From Deltaproteobacteria bacterium (GTDB lineage: Bacteria; Desulfobacterota; Deferrimicrobia; Deferrimicrobiales; Deferrimicrobiaceae), in contig JAKAHC010000002.1 of NCBI GenBank assembly GCA_021815305.1, positions 224,112 through 288,111 on the forward strand: a stretch of 64,000 nucleotides of DNA, in the 5' to 3' direction. Position numbers and translations under genes: made by a program. Below, piece after piece: positions 1-9,511 of this stretch (position 1 is its first letter; every line of letters begins with the position of its first letter). A model generated the notes under the pieces. The model saw only the letters and a list, made by a program, of their open reading frames with translations, searched no databases and was not told the origin of the DNA.

Positions 1-908
1 AGGTTCCTGGCATAAGGGACCGGAACTTCGATCTGCCCCAGCCGCTCCACCGGCGCATCGAGGAAGTCGAACCGGTCGCGACCGATTCGCGCGGCGATCT
101 CCGCACCCATGCCGCATGTCGTCCAATCCTCTTCGAGAACGAGCGCGCGGTGCGTCTTTACCACCGAATCGTACACCTTCGACATGTTCAGGGGCCGTAG
201 AGTGCGCAGGTCGACGATTTCGCACTCGATCCCGTCCCGGGACAGCTCCTCCGCGGCGGCCAACGCCACGTGCAGCATTCTCGAATAGGTGACGATCGTG
301 ATGTCACCCCCCGCGCGTTTGATGTCCGGGACACCCAGCGGAACGGTGTATTCCCCGTCGGGGACGTCGCCTTTCACGCCGTACAGGCGCGCGTGTTCGA
401 TGAACATCACGGGATTGTCGGACCGGATCGCGGTCTTGAGCATTCCCTTGGCGTCGTAAGGCGTACCCGGCATCGCCACGATCAGCCCGGGAAGATGGGC
501 GAACCAGGCCTCGAAGGATTGCGAGTGGGTCGCCGCCAACTGCCCCCATCCCGCCGGGGTCCGGATCACCAGCGGCACTTTCATCTGTCCGCCGAACATG
601 AAATGGATCTTGGCCGCATTGTTGACGATCTGGTCCATCGCCTCGAGGCTGAAATTGATCGTCATGAGTTCCGCCACCGGCCGCAACCCCCCCATGGCCG
701 CTCCGACCGCCGCCCCGATGATCGCCGCCTCCGCGATCGGGGTATCGATGATGCGTTTCCCGCCGAACTCGTCGTACAGGCTGCGGGTGACCGCGTAGGT
801 GCCTCCCCACACGCCCACCTCCTCCCCCAGGATCAGGACCCGCTCGTCGCGGATCAATTCTTCCCGCAAGGCGTCGCGGACGGCATCGCGATAGGATTTT
901 TCGGACAT
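1..908 (-). CDS. pdhB: Pyruvate/acetoin dehydrogenase E1 component beta subunit. The 5' part of the gene is here (start ATG at 908) and the C-terminus runs off the left window edge.
   Basis: The reverse-complement translation from the ATG at 908 reads MSEKSYRDAVRDALREELIRDERVLILGEEVGVWGGTYAVTRSLYDEFG...IDTPIAEAAIIG. This is the classic E1-beta N-terminus. It lies 8 nt downstream of pdhA. The ORF track missed it because the gene has no stop inside the window. Confidence 0.85.
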   Translation of the reverse strand, partial: MSEKSYRDAVRDALREELIRDERVLILGEEVGVWGGTYAVTRSLYDEFGGKRIIDTPIAEAAIIGAAVGAAMGGLRPVAELMTINFSLEAMDQIVNNAAKIHFMFGGQMKVPLVIRTPAGWGQLAATHSQSFEAWFAHLPGLIVAMPGTPYDAKGMLKTAIRSDNPVMFIEHARLYGVKGDVPDGEYTVPLGVPDIKRAGGDITIVTYSRMLHVALAAAEELSRDGIECEIVDLRTLRPLNMSKVYDSVVKTHRALVLEEDWTTCGMGAEIAARIGRDRFDFLDAPVERLGQIEVPVPYARN

Positions 909-916
909 GCCGGCCT

Positions 917-1954
917 CTATTCCGCGACAAGGACGTTGGCGCACAGTTCGGACGGGTCCGGGGGGGGGCTGTTTTCCGCGAAACGGACCGCCGTCTCTAT
1001 TTCCGCCTCGATCCCGTCGGAGATCTTCCGGAGGTCCGCCTCTTCCGCGATCCGGTTTCCCAGGAGGAAGTTGCGCCAGAGCAGGATCGGGTCCCGCGCC
1101 TTGGCTTCTTCCACCTCGTCCTTGGTGCGGTACCGTTGCGGGTCGCCCATCGAGTGCCCCCGGAAACGGTACGTCTTCGCCTCGATCAGCCGCGGCCCTC
1201 CGCCGGCGCGCGCCTTGTCGGCCATCTCGCGGACGGCGTCCCGCACCGCGAGGACGTCGTTTCCGTCGATTTGCACGGACGGAATGTTCAGGCAGGCGGC
1301 TTTCTTGTAGATGTCGCTGACCGCGGATGCGCGTTCGACGGCCGTTCCCATCCCGTACCTGTTGTTTTCCACGATCGCAAGGAGCGGAACTTTCCATACC
1401 GCCGCCATGTTCAGCCCGGAGTAGAACGTGCCGATATTTGTGGCTCCCTCGCCGAAGAAACAGGTGACGACCCTGGGCAGATTCCGGTACTGGTTCGCGA
1501 GCGCCAGGCCGACCGCAAGCGGGATGTGTCCGCCGACGATGGCATAGCCTCCCCAGAGGTGGCGGTCGACGGCCGCCATGTGCATCGAGCCGCCCTTTCC
1601 TTTCGAGATGCCGGTCGCCTTCCCGTACAGTTCGGCCATCACCAATCCCGGGTCGATGCCCCGCGCCAGGACGTATCCGTGGTCCCGGTAATGCGTGACC
1701 ACGTCGTCATCCGGCTTCAGGGCGGCCATGGCGCCTACCGCGATGGCCTCCTCGCCGATGTAAAGATGCAGGAAGCCGCCGATCTTGCCTTGGCCGTACG
1801 CCTCTTCCGCCCGTTCCTCGAACCGGCGGATCAATCCCATCTTCCGATGCAAATCCAGCGCTTCCGTCCTTGCGACGTTCAAAGTGGCGCCCCCGGGAGA
1901 CCGTTCTGGAAGACACGCAGCCGCATCATGCCCCATGGTCCCTGACGATCCCAT
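917..1954 (-). CDS. pdhA: Pyruvate/acetoin dehydrogenase E1 component alpha subunit (TPP-dependent).
   Basis: This 345-aa ORF contains LIRRFEERAEEAYGQGKIGGFLHLYIGEEA, the TPP-binding motif GEGATNIG and a YRFRGHSMGDP motif. An alternative start is the ATG at 1936. Confidence 0.85.
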   Translation of the reverse strand: MGSSGTMGHDAAACLPERSPGGATLNVARTEALDLHRKMGLIRRFEERAEEAYGQGKIGGFLHLYIGEEAIAVGAMAALKPDDDVVTHYRDHGYVLARGIDPGLVMAELYGKATGISKGKGGSMHMAAVDRHLWGGYAIVGGHIPLAVGLALANQYRNLPRVVTCFFGEGATNIGTFYSGLNMAAVWKVPLLAIVENNRYGMGTAVERASAVSDIYKKAACLNIPSVQIDGNDVLAVRDAVREMADKARAGGGPRLIEAKTYRFRGHSMGDPQRYRTKDEVEEAKARDPILLWRNFLLGNRIAEEADLRKISDGIEAEIETAVRFAENSPPPDPSELCANVLVAE

Positions 1955-2154
1955 CCTGTTCTATGATGCGAATTTTGTCACTATTGTTTTGCAGGTCCTG
2001 CGGGAACAGGGAGGAGGCGTTTCCGCATTCTTGATACATGCGTAAGCGGATACACGATACCGTTCGGTTGGTTCCAACGCCTGAATGCCGGGTACGGGCG
2101 CCACGCCGGTACACCCCGATCGACTTCGGGTGCCGGAACCGGACAACGGTTTTT

Positions 2155-2231
2155 TGGCGCCCCCGGGGTGACTCGAACACCCGGCCAAAGGTTTAGGAAA
2201 CCTCTGCTCTATCCGCCTGAGCTACGGGGGC
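2155..2231 (-). tRNA. tRNA-Arg (anticodon CCT) with an encoded CCA end.
   Basis: The minus-strand sequence is GCCCCCGTAGCTCAGGCGGATAGAGCAGAGGTTTCCTAAACCTTTGGCCGGGTGTTCGAGTCACCCCGGGGGCGCCA. It folds as a cloverleaf with a 7-bp acceptor stem, a TTCGAGT T-loop and an anticodon loop TTCCTAA. Confidence 0.85.
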
Positions 2232-2249
2232 GTCCCTGTGCCGCGACGA

Positions 2250-2777
2250 TCACTCGTCGAACTTGAGAAGCGAAAACACCTTCTGGTTCTTGAGGCGCTC
2301 GCGCCCTCGAAGCGGCGTGAGCTCCGCAAGAAAGCAACATTCTACGATATCGGCGCCGAGCCGGTTCAGCAGGTCGAGGACCGCGACCACGGTCCCGCCC
2401 GTGGCCAGCACGTCGTCGGCCACCACCACCTTCATCCCCGGCCGGATGGCGTCTTCGTGGATCTCCAGCCGGTCCTTCCCGTACTCGAGCTCGTAGGAGG
2501 CCGACACCGTCTTGTACGGGAGCTTGCCCGGCTTGCGCACAAGGACGACGCCCGTGCCCAGCTTGTAAGCCATCGCGGCCCCCATGACGAATCCGCGCGC
2601 CTCGATCCCCACCACCGCCTCGACGCCCTTGTTGAAGTGACGGTGCGCCATCAGGTCGATCGCCTGCTGGAAGGACGCGGGATCGGAAAGGAGCGTGGTG
2701 ATGTCCTTGAACTGGATCCCTTTCCTCGGGAAGTCGGGGACGTTGCGGATCCGTTTCTTCAGGTCGCCGGTAGCCAT
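2250..2777 (-). CDS. apt: Adenine phosphoribosyltransferase.
   Basis: The conserved N-terminus [30 protein letters not shown] and the PRPP-binding motif [13 protein letters not shown] are present. The track ORF (368 aa) has a spurious N-terminal extension. The start was chosen at the ATG at 2777. Confidence 0.9.
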   Translation of the reverse strand: MATGDLKKRIRNVPDFPRKGIQFKDITTLLSDPASFQQAIDLMAHRHFNKGVEAVVGIEARGFVMGAAMAYKLGTGVVLVRKPGKLPYKTVSASYELEYGKDRLEIHEDAIRPGMKVVVADDVLATGGTVVAVLDLLNRLGADIVECCFLAELTPLRGRERLKNQKVFSLLKFDE

Positions 2778-2785
2778 GGTCTCCC

Positions 2786-3307
2786 TCAGCGCGCGAGGCG
2801 GAAAAGCGGGTCCACCGCTTCCCCGTCGACGCGCAACTCGAAGTGCAGGTGTGAAGTCGTCGCGTTCCCGGTGCGGCCGACCGTGCCGATTACGGCGCCG
2901 ACCGGCACGGCATCGCCCGATTCTACACGAAACGCATCGAGATGTCCGTACAACGTCGTGATGCCGTCCCCATGGTCGAGAACGACGACGTTGCCGTACC
3001 CGCGAAGTCCGTCCCCCGCGTAGAGGACGAGCCCGATCTCTGCGGCCCGGACCGGTGTTCCCCGGGGAGCCAGGATGTCGATCCCCTCGTGGAACCTCCC
3101 CCCCCGCCCGCCGAATCCGGAAGAAACCGGACCCTGGACGGGCCAGAGGAAACGTTTCCGGGAGAGGCGCGCCTCGATGTCGCGAGCGGAACGTGGGGGG
3201 TAGGCGGTCATGGCCCCGCTCTCCGGGAGCCGGTTGGCGTGGAAGTGGCCGCACCCGCACGACAACGACGCGAGGAGCAGCGTCAGCGCCCTTCGGAACG
3301 GGGTCAT
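2786..3307 (-). CDS. M23 family metallopeptidase (NlpD/LytM-like), secreted, probably a lipoprotein.
   Basis: A signal peptide [19 protein letters not shown] is followed by the M23 motifs HEGIDI and GHLHFE. The gene sits immediately downstream of pcm, as nlpD does in E. coli. Confidence 0.75.
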   Translation of the reverse strand: MTPFRRALTLLLASLSCGCGHFHANRLPESGAMTAYPPRSARDIEARLSRKRFLWPVQGPVSSGFGGRGGRFHEGIDILAPRGTPVRAAEIGLVLYAGDGLRGYGNVVVLDHGDGITTLYGHLDAFRVESGDAVPVGAVIGTVGRTGNATTSHLHFELRVDGEAVDPLFRLAR

Positions 3308-3957
3308 TCTCGGAATCCGTGTTCTCCGAGCAGAGGGACGAAGCGGCACCCGCCAAGGAAATCGGTGAACGGCTTCCCTTCCTTCTTGGTCACGCGGGTC
3401 AACTCCTGTTCCGACCGTGTGCCTACCGGAAGGACCAGGATACCGCCTTCCTCGAGCTGGGAAAGCCACGGCGTGGGGATGCGGGGGGACGCGGCGGCGG
3501 AGAGAATCCGGTCGAAAGGAGCGTGTTCCGGGCTCCCCAGGGATCCGTCGCCGGCGACGTAGATCACGTTGTCGATGAGAAGCTCCTCAAGGAGCCGCCG
3601 GGCGCCGTCGAGAAGCGAAGGGAGCCGCTCCACCGTCACCACCTCCCGGCAGAGGCGGGCGAGAATCGCCGTCTGGTATCCGGAGCCTGTCCCGATCTCG
3701 AGCGCCTTCTCCGTCCCCGAGAGACGGAGCGCCTTCGTCATCTCGGCGACGATGTAGGGCTGGGAGATGGTCTGCCCCTCCCCGATGGGGACCGGCGCAT
3801 CGGCGTAGGCGTCGTGGTGGTGTTCCTCGGGGATGAAGAGGTGCCGCGGGATTTCTTCCATCACCGACAGGAGGCGTTCATCGTGGATTCCCCTCCGGCG
3901 GATCTGCTCCTCCACCATGCGGCGGCGCAGGACGAGGTCCCGGTTCACCAGTCCCAT
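3304..3957 (-). CDS. pcm: Protein-L-isoaspartate O-methyltransferase.
   Basis: The ORF contains [15 protein letters not shown] and the SAM-binding motif [15 protein letters not shown]. The start was chosen at MGLVNRDLV (ATG at 3957). The track ORF carries a spurious 225-aa R/G-rich N-terminus. Confidence 0.85.
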   Translation of the reverse strand: MGLVNRDLVLRRRMVEEQIRRRGIHDERLLSVMEEIPRHLFIPEEHHHDAYADAPVPIGEGQTISQPYIVAEMTKALRLSGTEKALEIGTGSGYQTAILARLCREVVTVERLPSLLDGARRLLEELLIDNVIYVAGDGSLGSPEHAPFDRILSAAASPRIPTPWLSQLEEGGILVLPVGTRSEQELTRVTKKEGKPFTDFLGGCRFVPLLGEHGFRE

Positions 3958-4709
3958 TTCCGCAGCGTCCGGAGCGCCGCGTAGTTCGTCAGGTCCAGGT
4001 GGATGGGGGTGATCGATACGAAGTTCTGCTCCACCGCTTCGAGGTCGGAGCCCGGGACGTCCTCGCTCCGGAGATGGTCTCCGCCGATCCAGTAATATTT
4101 CCGCCCGCGGGGGTCCCGCTTCTCCACGATGAGGTCGTCGTAGACCCGCTTCCCCTGCCGGGTCAGCCGGATGCCCCGGATCTCTTTTTTCGCGACATTG
4201 GGCACGTTGACGTTCAGCAACGTGTCCTCGGGAAGCCCCTGTTCCATCACCCGGCGCGTAACCGAAAGCGCGACATCCGCCGCCGCATCGAAACGGAACC
4301 GGTTCCTGGTGACGAGGGACACGGCGATGGAGGGGATGCCCAGCAGCGTTCCCTCGATCGCCGCCGACACGGTCCCGGAGTACGTGATGTCGTCTCCCAG
4401 GTTCGCTCCCTTGTTGATTCCCGAAACGATCAATTCGATCTTCTTTCCCCGGAGAATTCCGTTCACGCCCAGATTGACGCAATCGGTGGGGGTGCCGTCG
4501 ACGGAATACACGCGGGGGGCCAGTTTCTCCACGCGCAGGGGGTGGGTCAGCGTGAGGGAGTGGCTCGCCGCGCTGCGCTCCCTGTCGGGGGCGACCACGT
4601 AGACCGTCCCCAACTCCTTCAAGACCTCGCAAAGCGCGTCGATTCCCTCGGACCGCACGCCGTCGTCGTTCGTTACGAGGATGGCGGGGCCGTCGCCTTC
4701 CGCTGCCAC
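3945..4709 (-). CDS. surE: 5'/3'-nucleotidase SurE.
   Basis: The ORF contains ILVTNDDGVRSEGIDAL and GINKGANLGDDITYSGTV. A GTG start at 4709 is preceded by GGAGGAA 6 nt upstream. The track's longer ORF reads through tRNA-Pro. Confidence 0.85.
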   Translation of the reverse strand: MAAEGDGPAILVTNDDGVRSEGIDALCEVLKELGTVYVVAPDRERSAASHSLTLTHPLRVEKLAPRVYSVDGTPTDCVNLGVNGILRGKKIELIVSGINKGANLGDDITYSGTVSAAIEGTLLGIPSIAVSLVTRNRFRFDAAADVALSVTRRVMEQGLPEDTLLNVNVPNVAKKEIRGIRLTRQGKRVYDDLIVEKRDPRGRKYYWIGGDHLRSEDVPGSDLEAVEQNFVSITPIHLDLTNYAALRTLRKWDW

Positions 4710-4741
4710 GTGGTTCCTCCGGTTCGTAACTCTAAAGATCC

Positions 4742-4779
4742 AAGGAAAGGGGGCTACGAGAGCGTGTCTCGTAACCCCC
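4742..4779 (-). terminator. Rho-independent terminator candidate after tRNA-Pro.
   Basis: The minus strand reads GGGGGTTACGAGA-CACGC-TCTCGTAGCCCCC, a 13-bp stem with a 5-nt loop, followed by TTTCCTTGG. Confidence 0.45.
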
Positions 4780-4790
4780 CGTGGATATTC

Positions 4791-4867
4791 TGGTCGGGAC
4801 GACTGGACTTGAACCAGCGGCCCCCTGCACCCCATGCAGGTGCGCTACCAGGCTGCGCTACGTCCCG
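4791..4867 (-). tRNA. tRNA-Pro (anticodon GGG) with an encoded CCA end.
   Basis: The minus-strand sequence is CGGGACGTAGCGCAGCCTGGTAGCGCACCTGCATGGGGTGCAGGGGGCCGCTGGTTCAAGTCCAGTCGTCCCGACCA. The acceptor, D-arm and T-arm are canonical and the anticodon loop is ATGGGGT. Confidence 0.85.
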
Positions 4868-4875
4868 ATCCGTGG

Positions 4876-4912
4876 AAAAACAATTTTACCGGACGGAGGG
4901 GGGCTTTGTCAC
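4876..4912 (-). promoter_or_regulatory. Sigma-70-like promoter candidate for tRNA-Pro.
   Basis: The minus strand reads GTGACA-N18-TAAAAT. The -10 element ends about 8 nt before the mature tRNA 5' end. Confidence 0.35.
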
Positions 4913-4913
4913 G

Positions 4914-5282
4914 TCATTTCCGGGATTCAGCCGCTTCCGCTCTCCCGTAATCGTCTTCGACCCGTTCGATGTCGTCCTCGCCGACATACTCCCCCATCTG
5001 CACCTCGATCACCACGAGGTCCTCCGTCCCCACGCTCTCCACGCGGTGAAGGGAACCCCGAGGGATCTCGATATGTCCTCCGGGGTGAACCCGCCGGAAA
5101 TCTCCGCCAAGCGTCACCAGGGCCTCTCCGCGCACCACCTGCCACAGCTCCGCGCGCCTGGCGTGCCGCTGGAGGCTCAGGCGCATCCCCGGGCGCACGA
5201 CAAACTGTTTGACCTTGTACCCCCGGTCTTCGTGCAGTACCAGGTAATACCCCCAAGGCCTTTCCCCGCGCTCGATCGTCAT
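4914..5282 (-). CDS. Cupin-domain protein (mannose-6-phosphate isomerase type-II C-terminal-like).
   Basis: This 122-aa ORF has cupin motifs, LSLQRHARRAELWQVVRGEA...VHPGGHIEIPRGSLHRVESVG. GC3 is high. Confidence 0.6.
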   Translation of the reverse strand: MTIERGERPWGYYLVLHEDRGYKVKQFVVRPGMRLSLQRHARRAELWQVVRGEALVTLGGDFRRVHPGGHIEIPRGSLHRVESVGTEDLVVIEVQMGEYVGEDDIERVEDDYGRAEAAESRK

Positions 5283-5337
5283 CGCACCACTTCGAATTAT
5301 GTATTTTATACTTTTATATTCGACTACTTGCGTAATT

Positions 5338-5691
5338 TCATTTAAGTATGGAATGAATTTTCACGAGTTCTTTTTTCACCTTCTGCAGTTCGGCCTTGAA
5401 CGGGTTGCCGGCAAGTTCCAGCTTGAGTTGCTGCTGCTTCTGTTTCATCCGTTCCTTGAGTTTTGCCCGGGCCCCCTCGATGGTGAACTTTTCCACGTAC
5501 AGGAGGCGCTTGATCTCCTGGAGCGTTTCCACTTCGACCCGTTTGTACACCCGGTGCTGGGAGCGGTTTTTCGAAGGGGTGAGACGGAACTCGGATTCCC
5601 AGAAACGAAGAACGTATGCCTTGACGTCCAAGATCCGGCTCACTTCCCCGATCTTGAAGTAGAACTTGTCTGGGATCTGGGGAGCCGCCAC
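5338..5691 (-). CDS. MerR-family transcriptional regulator.
   Basis: A helix-turn-helix N-terminus (FKIGEVSRILDVKAYVLRFWESEF) is followed by a coiled-coil C-terminus. It lies directly downstream of ihfA. Confidence 0.7.
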   Translation of the reverse strand: MAAPQIPDKFYFKIGEVSRILDVKAYVLRFWESEFRLTPSKNRSQHRVYKRVEVETLQEIKRLLYVEKFTIEGARAKLKERMKQKQQQLKLELAGNPFKAELQKVKKELVKIHSILK

Positions 5692-5720
5692 GACGTCCCC
5701 TTTCGTCCTCCGGGTACGGG

Positions 5721-6011
5721 CTAGGACGACTTCGCCTCGTTAATGTATGACTTTAAGATCTGGCTGGGGCGGAACGTCAGAACCCGCCGAGCGGTGATCT
5801 GGATGTCGTCACCGGTCTGCGGGTTGCGGCCTTTCCTCGGACGCTTGTCGCGGAGCGTGAAGTTGCCGAATCCGGAGATCTTGATCTTCTCTCCGGTCTT
5901 GAGACTGGCCTTCATCGTCTCGAAGATGGCCTCGACGATATCCTGCGACTCCTTCTTTGAGAGTCCGCCGATCTTCTCGTAAACGATCTCGACCAGGTCC
6001 GCCTTCGTCAT
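5721..6011 (-). CDS. ihfA: Integration host factor alpha subunit / HU-family DNA-binding protein.
   Basis: The ORF reads MTKADLVEIV...GFGNF.LRDKRPRKGRNPQTGDDIQI, which carries the beta-arm signature. Its position after pheT matches the E. coli gene order. Confidence 0.8.
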   Translation of the reverse strand: MTKADLVEIVYEKIGGLSKKESQDIVEAIFETMKASLKTGEKIKISGFGNFTLRDKRPRKGRNPQTGDDIQITARRVLTFRPSQILKSYINEAKSS

Positions 6012-6029
6012 GACGCCTCCTCCCGGCCC

Positions 6030-8435
6030 TCAAGAGGTTCGAATTTTCCCGCCGAACCGATTCTCTAATAAATTTACTATCTTGGTATGTATACTATGTA
6101 CATCGGCGTCCGTCAAGGTTCTGTCGGACGGCTGAAGTTTCACACGGATGCCGACGCTTTTCCTGCCTTCGCCGATCTTTTCTCCGGTAAACACATCGAA
6201 AACGTTCGCCTCCTCGATCTCGGGAGAAACCTCCCGGACCATGGAGAGTACGTCCCCCACGGGAATCGTCGCGGGGAACACACACGCCACATCGCGGAAT
6301 ACCGGAGGAAATTTCGGCAAGGAGCGGTACATGCCCGGCGCGGGTTGCGCAACCAGCGCCGCCTGCATGCGGATCTCCGCGTAGAAAACCTGCCCCGGGA
6401 TCTCGTATTCTCCAAGGAGTTCCCGGCGGACCGCGCCGAACCAACCGATCGACGCTCCGTCCTTGAGGAGATCCGCGGACTTCCCTTCCTCGAAGAACGG
6501 CCGCCGCGACGGAACCACATGAAGAGGCGCAGCGCCCAGGTGCAACAGGAGCGGTTCCACGACCCCCTTGATGTCGTAGAAATCCACCGGAACGTCGCCA
6601 CCGGACCAGTCTCGCGGAATACGCCTGCCGCAGAGGACCAGGCCCAGGCGGGGCTCTTCGTAATGTCCCGCCACGAACGGTTTCCCGTAGCCTTTTCCGG
6701 CTTCATACAGCCGCATGTCCTCGGTGAACCGGTGAACGTTGTCCGACACGTTCTGCAGGAGTCCCGTCAGCAGGTGCGGTCGCATCAAGGTGGTGTCGTC
6801 AGAGATCGGGTTCTTCACCCGCACGGCATCCGAAGGTTCGAACCCGAGGAGGGACCCCAGCCGCTCCCACTTGCGCCCCGACACGAAGGAGAAGTTCACG
6901 GCCTGCGAGAATCCGTGGCCCCGCAGGAAGTCGCACGCGCGTTCGACGGCGTCGACGAACCGGTCGTCTGCGGAGAACTCCGGTGCGCGGGACACCGGGT
7001 AGGTGGCGGGGATCCCTTCGTAACCGGACAACCGCGCGATCTCTTCGATGAGGTCGATCTCCCGCTCGATGTCGAAACGGCAGGAGGGGACTGCGACCTC
7101 CCACGCCTCCGGCGATCTCTCGGCCACGGGAAAGGAAAGCCGTCCGAAGATCTCCCTGCACTCCGCGGGAGAGTACTCTTTCCCGACGATGCGGCCGGCT
7201 CGCTCCGGACGAAACGGAACCACGCGGGAAAAGGACCTCTCCCCTCCCACGTCGATGATGCCCTTTGCCGGAACCACGGGCGCGAAGCCGGACAGGAGCG
7301 AAACCGCCCTGTCCGCCGCGTACACCGTTCCGGCCGGGTCCACCCCCCGTTCGAAACGGTACGACGACTCGCTGGACAACCCCAGCCGGCGCGACGTCCT
7401 CCGGATCGATGCCGGGGCGAAATGGGCGCTTTCGAAAAGGACGCGCGTGGTGCGGTCGGTGACTTCGCTGTCGGCGCCGCCCATCACTCCAGCGACGGCA
7501 ACCGGTCCTTCCGCATCCCAGATGAGGAGCATCCCGGGGTCGATCCCGCGTTCCGTCCCGTCGAGCGTCGCGAACGCCATTCCCTCTTTCGGGGCGCGCA
7601 CGTCGATGCGGGAGCCCCGCAGCCGGTCGAGGTCGAAGGCGTGCATCGGCTGCCCGACTTCCAGCAGCAGGTAGTTCGTGACGTCTACGACGTTGTTGAT
7701 CGGCCGGATGCCGCACAGGGAGAGCCGTCTCTGCATCTTCCTCGGGGAGGAGGCGATCGTCACCCCCGTGACGACCCTCGAGGAGTACCGGGGACACAGG
7801 GCCGGATCGGTTACGGTGACGGACACAAGGTTCCCGACGGCGTCCCCTTCCTCACGGATCGGGACATCCGGAAGGAAGACCTTCTCCCCCGTGATGGAAG
7901 CGATCTCCCGCGCCACTCCCAGCACGCTAAGGCAGTCGCCCCGGTTGGGGGTGATTTCGACATCGAGAAGCCAGTCCGTCAGCTCCAGCGCGTCCGCCAG
8001 CGGGATTCCCGGGGGGGTATCGTCGGGAAGGATCAGGATTCCCGCGGATTCTTCGGCGAGCCCGAGCTCCTGCTCGGAACAGAGCATCCCTTCCGAGGAT
8101 TGCCCGCGGATCTTCGCCTTCGAGATCACCGCCCCGTTGGGGAGCTTCGCACCGACCTTCGCCAGCGCCACCGCATCCCCCGCCTTCATGTTCCTGGCGC
8201 CGCAGACGACGTCGAACGTGGACGCACCGTCGGTCACGGCGCACACGGAGAGACGGTCCGCAGACGGGTGCGCGGACATCGAAAGAATCCTCGCCGTGAC
8301 GACGGAACCGAACCCCTCTCCCAGGAACCGGCAGGAGGAGACCTCCACGCCCGCCATCGTCAGCGCCTCCTGGATCCGGACGGGCGACAAGCGGGTGTCG
8401 ACGAACTCTTTGAGCCACGAGTACAGGATTTTCAA
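6030..8435 (-). CDS. pheT: Phenylalanine--tRNA ligase beta subunit.
   Basis: The N-terminus is KILYSWLKEFVD and B3/4, B5 and FDX-ACB domain sequences follow. A TTG start at 8435 is preceded by GGGAGAG. The track's upstream M extension is R/S-rich junk. Confidence 0.9.
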   Translation of the reverse strand: MKILYSWLKEFVDTRLSPVRIQEALTMAGVEVSSCRFLGEGFGSVVTARILSMSAHPSADRLSVCAVTDGASTFDVVCGARNMKAGDAVALAKVGAKLPNGAVISKAKIRGQSSEGMLCSEQELGLAEESAGILILPDDTPPGIPLADALELTDWLLDVEITPNRGDCLSVLGVAREIASITGEKVFLPDVPIREEGDAVGNLVSVTVTDPALCPRYSSRVVTGVTIASSPRKMQRRLSLCGIRPINNVVDVTNYLLLEVGQPMHAFDLDRLRGSRIDVRAPKEGMAFATLDGTERGIDPGMLLIWDAEGPVAVAGVMGGADSEVTDRTTRVLFESAHFAPASIRRTSRRLGLSSESSYRFERGVDPAGTVYAADRAVSLLSGFAPVVPAKGIIDVGGERSFSRVVPFRPERAGRIVGKEYSPAECREIFGRLSFPVAERSPEAWEVAVPSCRFDIEREIDLIEEIARLSGYEGIPATYPVSRAPEFSADDRFVDAVERACDFLRGHGFSQAVNFSFVSGRKWERLGSLLGFEPSDAVRVKNPISDDTTLMRPHLLTGLLQNVSDNVHRFTEDMRLYEAGKGYGKPFVAGHYEEPRLGLVLCGRRIPRDWSGGDVPVDFYDIKGVVEPLLLHLGAAPLHVVPSRRPFFEEGKSADLLKDGASIGWFGAVRRELLGEYEIPGQVFYAEIRMQAALVAQPAPGMYRSLPKFPPVFRDVACVFPATIPVGDVLSMVREVSPEIEEANVFDVFTGEKIGEGRKSVGIRVKLQPSDRTLTDADVHSIHTKIVNLLENRFGGKIRTS

Positions 8436-8463
8436 GAGAACGCTCTCCCTGCCCCCCGCCGCA

Positions 8464-9498
8464 TCAGAACTGCGAGAGGAAGCGGATGTCGTTTTCGAAG
8501 AAAAGGCGGATGTCGGAGATCCCGTGACGCAGCATCGCGATGCGTTCCACGCCCATGCCGAAGGCGAAGCCCGAGTACTCCTCGGGGTCGTATCCCACGA
8601 AGCCGTACACGGCCGGGTCGACCATCCCCGCCCCAAGGATCTCCAGCCATCCGGAGTCCTTGCACACGCGGCACCCCGAACCGCCGCAGATGACGCACCG
8701 GATGTCCACCTCGGCGGACGGCTCCGTGAAAGGAAAGTAGCTCGGGCGAAACCGGAGAGGTTTCCCGGGACCGAACGTCATCCGGCAGAACTCCGTGAGA
8801 AGGCCTTTCAGATCCGCCATCGTGATGTCCCGGTCGACCGCGAGCCCTTCCACCTGGTGGAACATGGGGGAATGGGTGATGTCGGAATCGGACCGGTAGA
8901 CCGCGCCGGGAGCGATGATCCGGACGGGGGGCCGCATCTTCTCCATCGTGCGGATCTGTATGGGCGAGGTGTGGGTGCGCAGGACGAGATCGCCCGCATC
9001 GGATTCCACGTAGAACGTGTCCTGCATATCACGCGCGGGATGCTCCGGCGGGAAGTTGAGGGCCTCGAAGTTGTAGTAATCCTTCTCCACGTCCGGTCCG
9101 CCGCGCACGGAAAACCCCAGCCGCCGGAAGACGTCGATGATGTCCGCCATCGTCCGGGAGATGGGGTGGCGGTGCCCGGGGAGATGCCCTCTTCCGGGTA
9201 GCGTGACGTCGAGATGGGCCCGCCCCTCCCGCAAGGCCCGCTCCCGCTCCCGGATGCCGGAAAGGCGGGAGTCGAAGAACTTCTCCAGCTCGATCCGCGC
9301 GCGGTTCGCCTCGGCGCCCACCGTCTTTCGCTCGTCGACGGCGAGGGAGGCGATCCCCTTCAGGATCTCCGAGATCGCACCCTTCTTGCCGAAGAAACGC
9401 CCCTTCGCTTCGAGAAGTTCGCTCTCGTTGCGCGCCGAGGAAAGCGCAGCGAGCCCCTCTTCCCGCAGGCGCGCGATCCTCTCGGAGGTGCCGGGCAA
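8464..9498 (-). CDS. pheS: Phenylalanine--tRNA ligase alpha subunit.
   Basis: Class-II synthetase motifs are present (FRPSYFPFTEPSAEVDI, GFAFGMGVERIAMLRHGISDIR). A TTG start at 9498 has AAGGGG upstream. Confidence 0.9.
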   Translation of the reverse strand: MPGTSERIARLREEGLAALSSARNESELLEAKGRFFGKKGAISEILKGIASLAVDERKTVGAEANRARIELEKFFDSRLSGIRERERALREGRAHLDVTLPGRGHLPGHRHPISRTMADIIDVFRRLGFSVRGGPDVEKDYYNFEALNFPPEHPARDMQDTFYVESDAGDLVLRTHTSPIQIRTMEKMRPPVRIIAPGAVYRSDSDITHSPMFHQVEGLAVDRDITMADLKGLLTEFCRMTFGPGKPLRFRPSYFPFTEPSAEVDIRCVICGGSGCRVCKDSGWLEILGAGMVDPAVYGFVGYDPEEYSGFAFGMGVERIAMLRHGISDIRLFFENDIRFLSQF

Positions 9499-9511
9499 CT
9501 TCTGCCGCCCC

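Noticed and set aside
270-1310. A 346-aa plus-strand ORF and a 208-aa minus-strand ORF (304-930) at the left edge.
   Set aside because: Both are R/G/P-rich with no recognisable domain. The region is fully explained by pdhB on the minus strand, which gives a clean E1-beta N-terminus from the ATG at 908.
1926-2188. Two small minus-strand ORFs (84 aa and 75 aa) between pdhA and apt.
   Set aside because: Both overlap the tRNA-Arg gene and have no coding signal.
3999-5345. A 448-aa plus-strand ORF across surE, tRNA-Pro and the cupin gene. Other long plus-strand ORFs are similar, for example 14804-16363, 16309-18135, 18858-20834, 20864-22678, 31654-34023, 33561-35213 and 42243-44894.
   Set aside because: These ORFs are antisense to well-supported minus-strand genes and have low-complexity R/G/P/H composition. 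They cross tRNA genes or gene boundaries. I treat them as artefacts of GC-rich DNA.
6087-8693. An 868-aa plus-strand ORF exactly antisense to pheT.
   Set aside because: This is the typical high-GC mirror ORF. Its composition is Arg/Gly/Pro-rich and it has no homology. pheT on the opposite strand has strong conserved motifs.
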